Assembly (NCBI GenBank): GCA_965216635.1
Contig: OZ244188.1
Span: 1,184,001 to 1,248,000 of the forward strand
Source of the DNA: a bacterium
GTDB lineage: Bacteria; SAR324; XYD2-FULL-50-16; G965216635
Length of the DNA: 64,000 bases
Reading direction: 5' to 3'
Both the position numbers and the translations under genes were made by a program. Below the pieces are notes generated by a model. That model was not told where the DNA came from. It did no database searches and was given only the letters and a program-made list of their open reading frames with translations. Within the stretch, counting starts at the first letter, position 1. The number at the start of each line of letters is the position of its first letter. Of this stretch, positions 60,492 to 64,000 are shown piece by piece.

Positions 60492-60496
60492 ACAAG

Positions 60497-61033
60497 CTAA
60501 TTCAAAGCTCTTACAATAAATTGTGTGCATATTTCTACTGCCTGTAAATTTGCTTGTCGCATAGCTTCTTTTTGGGAAGTTGGAATTTTAGCTAGCACAT
60601 GGGATAGAACTTGAGATTTTTCTGTGGGTCTGCCTATGCCGATGGTAATTCTAGAAAATTCTTTGCTGGATAGTTTTTGAATAATATCCTGCATTCCTCT
60701 ATGTCCAGCGTCTCCGCCATTTTTCTTGTAACGCACTTTGCCTACGGGTAAATCTAAACTATCACAGAGCACCAAAAAATTGGAAAGGGGGATTTTATAA
60801 TAGCGAAGGCAACTGCTGACAGCATCTCCGCTACGATTCATATAGGTCTGAGGATACAAAAGACAGCAGTCTTTATCTTGGTAGCTACCTTTAAAAAATA
60901 GGGAGTGAAATCTTTTTTTGCTTGCTGTGAAATCTAGCTTGTCTCTTAAAATATCCAAAGCAGCAAATCCTATGTTGTGGTAGGTGTTGTGATATTTATT
61001 AGTTGGATTGCCTAAGCCAACTATTAGTTTCAT
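60497..61033 (-). CDS. pth: Peptidyl-tRNA hydrolase
   Basis: LIVGLGNP, HNIGF, PQTYMNRSG, DSLDLP.G, GG.AGH.G, IGIGRP. Confidence 0.96.
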   Translation of the reverse strand: MKLIVGLGNPTNKYHNTYHNIGFAALDILRDKLDFTASKKRFHSLFFKGSYQDKDCCLLYPQTYMNRSGDAVSSCLRYYKIPLSNFLVLCDSLDLPVGKVRYKKNGGDAGHRGMQDIIQKLSSKEFSRITIGIGRPTEKSQVLSHVLAKIPTSQKEAMRQANLQAVEICTQFIVRALN

Positions 61034-61713
61034 TATTTTTTAGAATCTTTACTATCCTTTCTATCTTCTTTCGCTTCAGGCTCTTTTTGTTTGACTGCTT
61101 CTACTTTGCTAGCATTTGCTTCTTCTGCAACTACAGCTGGTTCTTCTGCAACATCCTCGGCAATTCCAGATGTTGTAACAAGGGTAAAGTTTCTACCTGT
61201 TACTACTGGTTTGACTCCTTCGGGATAATTGACATCTAAAACATGGATACTAGAGCCAAACTCTAAATTTGTTGTATCCACTTCAATATAATCGGGAATA
61301 TCTTTTGCTTTGCAAGCGATAGGCACGCTATGGCGAATAATTTGAATGATTCCTCCTAGTTCTACTACTTGAGAATCACCTACAAGACGAATAGGTATCT
61401 CTAAATGCAATAGTGTATTGTCCGTTACTTCCAAAAAATCTACATGGATAAATTGTTTTTTAATGTTGGAGTATTGATAGTCTTGAACTATAGCTCTTTT
61501 CTTTTCTAATTTTCCTTCTTTATCAATTTCTATATTTATAATCTTTGTTTTTCCTCCACTCATTAAAAAGAAAGAATCAATGGCAGAACGAGTGCCACAA
61601 ACGGGGATATTTTCTTGCCCTCCGTAGATAATGGCGGGATATTTCCCAACGGCCTGTAGTTTTCGGTTAGCTTCTTTGCCAATTTGAGTTCTGTAGTTCA
61701 GTTTGAGTTCCAT
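61033..61713 (-). CDS. rplY: 50S ribosomal protein L25/Ctc
   Basis: GK.ANRKL...G..PAIIYG, HVDF, IP..IEVD...L..G.SIHV.D; upstream of pth. Confidence 0.95.
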   Translation of the reverse strand: MELKLNYRTQIGKEANRKLQAVGKYPAIIYGGQENIPVCGTRSAIDSFFLMSGGKTKIINIEIDKEGKLEKKRAIVQDYQYSNIKKQFIHVDFLEVTDNTLLHLEIPIRLVGDSQVVELGGIIQIIRHSVPIACKAKDIPDYIEVDTTNLEFGSSIHVLDVNYPEGVKPVVTGRNFTLVTTSGIAEDVAEEPAVVAEEANASKVEAVKQKEPEAKEDRKDSKDSKK

Positions 61714-61807
61714 AGGTTGCTAGAATTATTTTGTTTATTACTATATAGTTAGTATAGTGATTTTAGTAAAAACAGTCAAGCCTTACTTAAATTACATACA
61801 TAAAAAT

Positions 61808-62060
61808 CCAAAACAAGCTTATTGCTTTCATTCTATACAGGCTTTAGCAAAAGAGCCACTGGCTCTTTTATATTTCTTTTTGGGATTATGCAAGTTTTGT
61901 GGCGACTGATTCCATTATTGTGGCACTACAAAACTTGACGTTCTAGCCAAGAATAAAATGCGAAACAGCCGCTGGCAGTTTCATAAATAGCTTGTCCAAA
62001 GTTTTTGTGCACTACGCTTGTTTTAGTTTTCTTATAATGCTAAAGTTTAACAGAACTCTA
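61808..62060. repeat. Palindrome-rich intergenic element related to the 13.7-kb MITE insert
   Basis: Shares CCAAAACAAGCTTATTGCTT, AAAAGAGCC-ACT-GGCTCTTTT and GAAACAGCC...TTTCA with 13669-13870. Confidence 0.55.
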
Positions 62061-62103
62061 ACTGTGCAATGATTTTATAAAAAAGTCAAGCCCTACTCCT
62101 ACA

Positions 62104-64000
62104 ATGAAACTTTATTTTATTTTATTTTTTCTTTTTTTCGTGGCTTTTCCTATAACTATAGTAAAAAGCCAGTCTATAAAACCTACTCTATTTTTTAAGG
62201 GTTACGATTATTCTGCAAAAGAAAAAGAAATTCTTGAAACTTTTGATAGTTATAAAAAAGATTATTCCAAAGCCTTGAGATTTCTTTTAACGGAAAAAAA
62301 ACATTTTTCTAATGAATTGCTTTTTCATAGATTTCATGCAGAAATTTTGTTCTTGCAAGGAAAAGAAAGAGAGCTTCTAAATTATTTGACTGCTCTTATA
62401 GAAAATGCTGAGCTTTCAAAAGATAACCAAGCTAACCCGCAAAAACGTATTTCCCAATATGTAGCTTTAAGGGGTATTTTTCTTTACAGATTAAATTACA
62501 AAAATTCTGCTTCCCAAGATTTGTATAAAGCTTACAACTTCAAATATACAAATTTAGAATTTTTACTTTATTTTCATAGCCTACTAAAAGAAAGGAGGGC
62601 AGATAAAAATTTTATTTATACTGTTATTACAAAAGCTCTGGAAAAGGATATAAAAAACGATAAACTTTGGTTTGAAAAAGCCAAACTAGAATCCCAAGAA
62701 AAGAAACCCGAGGAAGCCTATACATCTTTACGGGAAGCTCTTTCTTTAAGAGAAGATCCATTTTATTTTGAACTTGCATTGACTTTAGATAAAATCTATA
62801 ACCCGTATATTTACACCTCTAATGTGATAAATATCATAGAAAAATACCCACGAATTTTTATTTTTCAAGTGAGGTACTATCAACTCGCTAAAAAAAACAA
62901 TTATTTAATAGAGTTCACAAAATTTCTAAAACAGAGAATTCAAAAACTTCCCCCGACTAATAGTGAGAATTTAGCGAATTTTTATTATTTACTAGCCCAA
63001 GCCCAAGGAGATTTAAAACAAAAAGAAGCAGCAATAGAGAACTATCAAAAAGGGTTAGCTGTTTTTTCTAATCCTTTAGCCGAAGTTCGTTTAGCACGTC
63101 TTTTATGGGAGCTGGGTAGAAAGAAAGAATCGGTGTTGTATCTTGTAGAAGCAGCATCTAAAAATTATTCTGATCTTTTTATTTACCGCAGCCTCGCACA
63201 GCATTATTCTAATTCAGGTTTATATTTAACCGCAGAGCAGTATATTTTACAGGGATTAGAAATCAACCCTCAAGACGCTTCTTTGTTGTTTGAATATGCG
63301 CTGATCTCAGAAAAAATAGGACACTATGACGAAGCTATTAAAGCGGTAAAAGAGTTATTGAAAATAAAAAGAGATACTAGGTTTTTAAATCATTTAGGAA
63401 GGCTTTTGACATTGACGGAAGACTATTCACAAGCAGATCAATATCTAAGAGAATCTTTAAAAATAAAAGAGAACACCACTGCTCGCTATTACCTAGCTCT
63501 CAATGATTATTATCAACAAAATTTTTCAAAGTCTCTCCAGCATTTAAAAATGATTATAGGGAGTAAGAATGCTTTCTCTGAAATCTATACACTCGCAGCA
63601 GCTGCAAATTTTAACCAAAAAAAATTTGAAAAAGCACTTGATTATATTGATGAACTACAAAAATACAGCGAAAAAACTAATATCCAAAACTTCAGTATTT
63701 TAGCTAAAAAAATAAAAATAGAATCCTTGCTTCATTTAGGGAAATGGGATTTAGCTGCTGAAACTATTGAACTCTATAATAAAGGAGATTCATTTAATTT
63801 TTATTATAAACGGCAAATGATTTTTCTACTTTTTTTAAAAGGTGATAGAAAAGTAGAAGACGCGATAGAAGAATATTTAGACAACTTTCAACCTGATATT
63901 AGAATGATTGAGATTTTGTACTATCTCAAAAAAGGCAAAAATTATCTTTGGAACTTTCTTGATGAAGAAGATGCGGTTCTTTATGAAAAAAAGATTTTTA
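62104..64000 (+). CDS. Exported TPR-repeat protein (3'-partial)
   Basis: Open from ATG 62104 to the window end; signal peptide; TPR-like units such as YYLLAQAQGDLKQKEAAIENYQKGL and GLEINPQDASLLFEYA. Absent from the ORF track because it has no stop in the window. Confidence 0.85.
   Translation, partial: MKLYFILFFLFFVAFPITIVKSQSIKPTLFFKGYDYSAKEKEILETFDSYKKDYSKALRFLLTEKKHFSNELLFHRFHAEILFLQGKERELLNYLTALIENAELSKDNQANPQKRISQYVALRGIFLYRLNYKNSASQDLYKAYNFKYTNLEFLLYFHSLLKERRADKNFIYTVITKALEKDIKNDKLWFEKAKLESQEKKPEEAYTSLREALSLREDPFYFELALTLDKIYNPYIYTSNVINIIEKYPRIFIFQVRYYQLAKKNNYLIEFTKFLKQRIQKLPPTNSENLANFYYLLAQAQGDLKQKEAAIENYQKGLAVFSNPLAEVRLARLLWELGRKKESVLYLVEAASKNYSDLFIYRSLAQHYSNSGLYLTAEQYILQGLEINPQDASLLFEYALISEKIGHYDEAIKAVKELLKIKRDTRFLNHLGRLLTLTEDYSQADQYLRESLKIKENTTARYYLALNDYYQQNFSKSLQHLKMIIGSKNAFSEIYTLAAAANFNQKKFEKALDYIDELQKYSEKTNIQNFSILAKKIKIESLLHLGKWDLAAETIELYNKGDSFNFYYKRQMIFLLFLKGDRKVEDAIEEYLDNFQPDIRMIEILYYLKKGKNYLWNFLDEEDAVLYEKKIF

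Overview
A 64-kb chromosomal window from a low-GC bacterium using the standard code (TAA, TAG and TGA all end genes). The Pro-Arg-His-Arg-Leu tRNA cluster before tig-clpP-clpX suggests a delta-proteobacterial/SAR324-like lineage. The betaine and sulfonate genes and the many decaying genes suggest a marine, possibly host-associated lifestyle. Both points are inference. Housekeeping genes are hisD, mnmE, pyrF/B/D/C, five tRNAs, tig, clpP, clpX, pth and rplY. Accessory blocks: (1) 7.4-13.6 kb is a tandem array of two paralog families. One is outer-membrane beta-barrels with near-identical scaffolds and hypervariable Cys-flanked loops (a third copy sits among the pyr genes). The other is three Bdr/DUF1640-like membrane-anchored coiled coils that differ almost only in repeat copy number. 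Each gene follows a copy of the same promoter module. (2) 14-36 kb is a methylated-amine/sulfonate uptake and catabolism region: betaine-type ABC transporter, Tdm-like demethylase, CuyA-like lyase, SSS, NCS1 and BCCT transporters, and a DMG-dehydrogenase-like enzyme. (3) 36.8-46.8 kb is a decaying defence island: Type I RM with a fused HsdM-HsdS, two membrane pentapeptide-repeat paralogs, a split rhuM and disarmed TA pairs. Also seen: a dispersed MITE-like family, independent in-frame 15-bp repeat expansions in core genes, a ClpP lacking its catalytic Ser, and a double-frameshifted restriction endonuclease. No CRISPR array, reverse transcriptase, integrase or intact transposase was seen. All family assignments come from motif recognition, not database searches.
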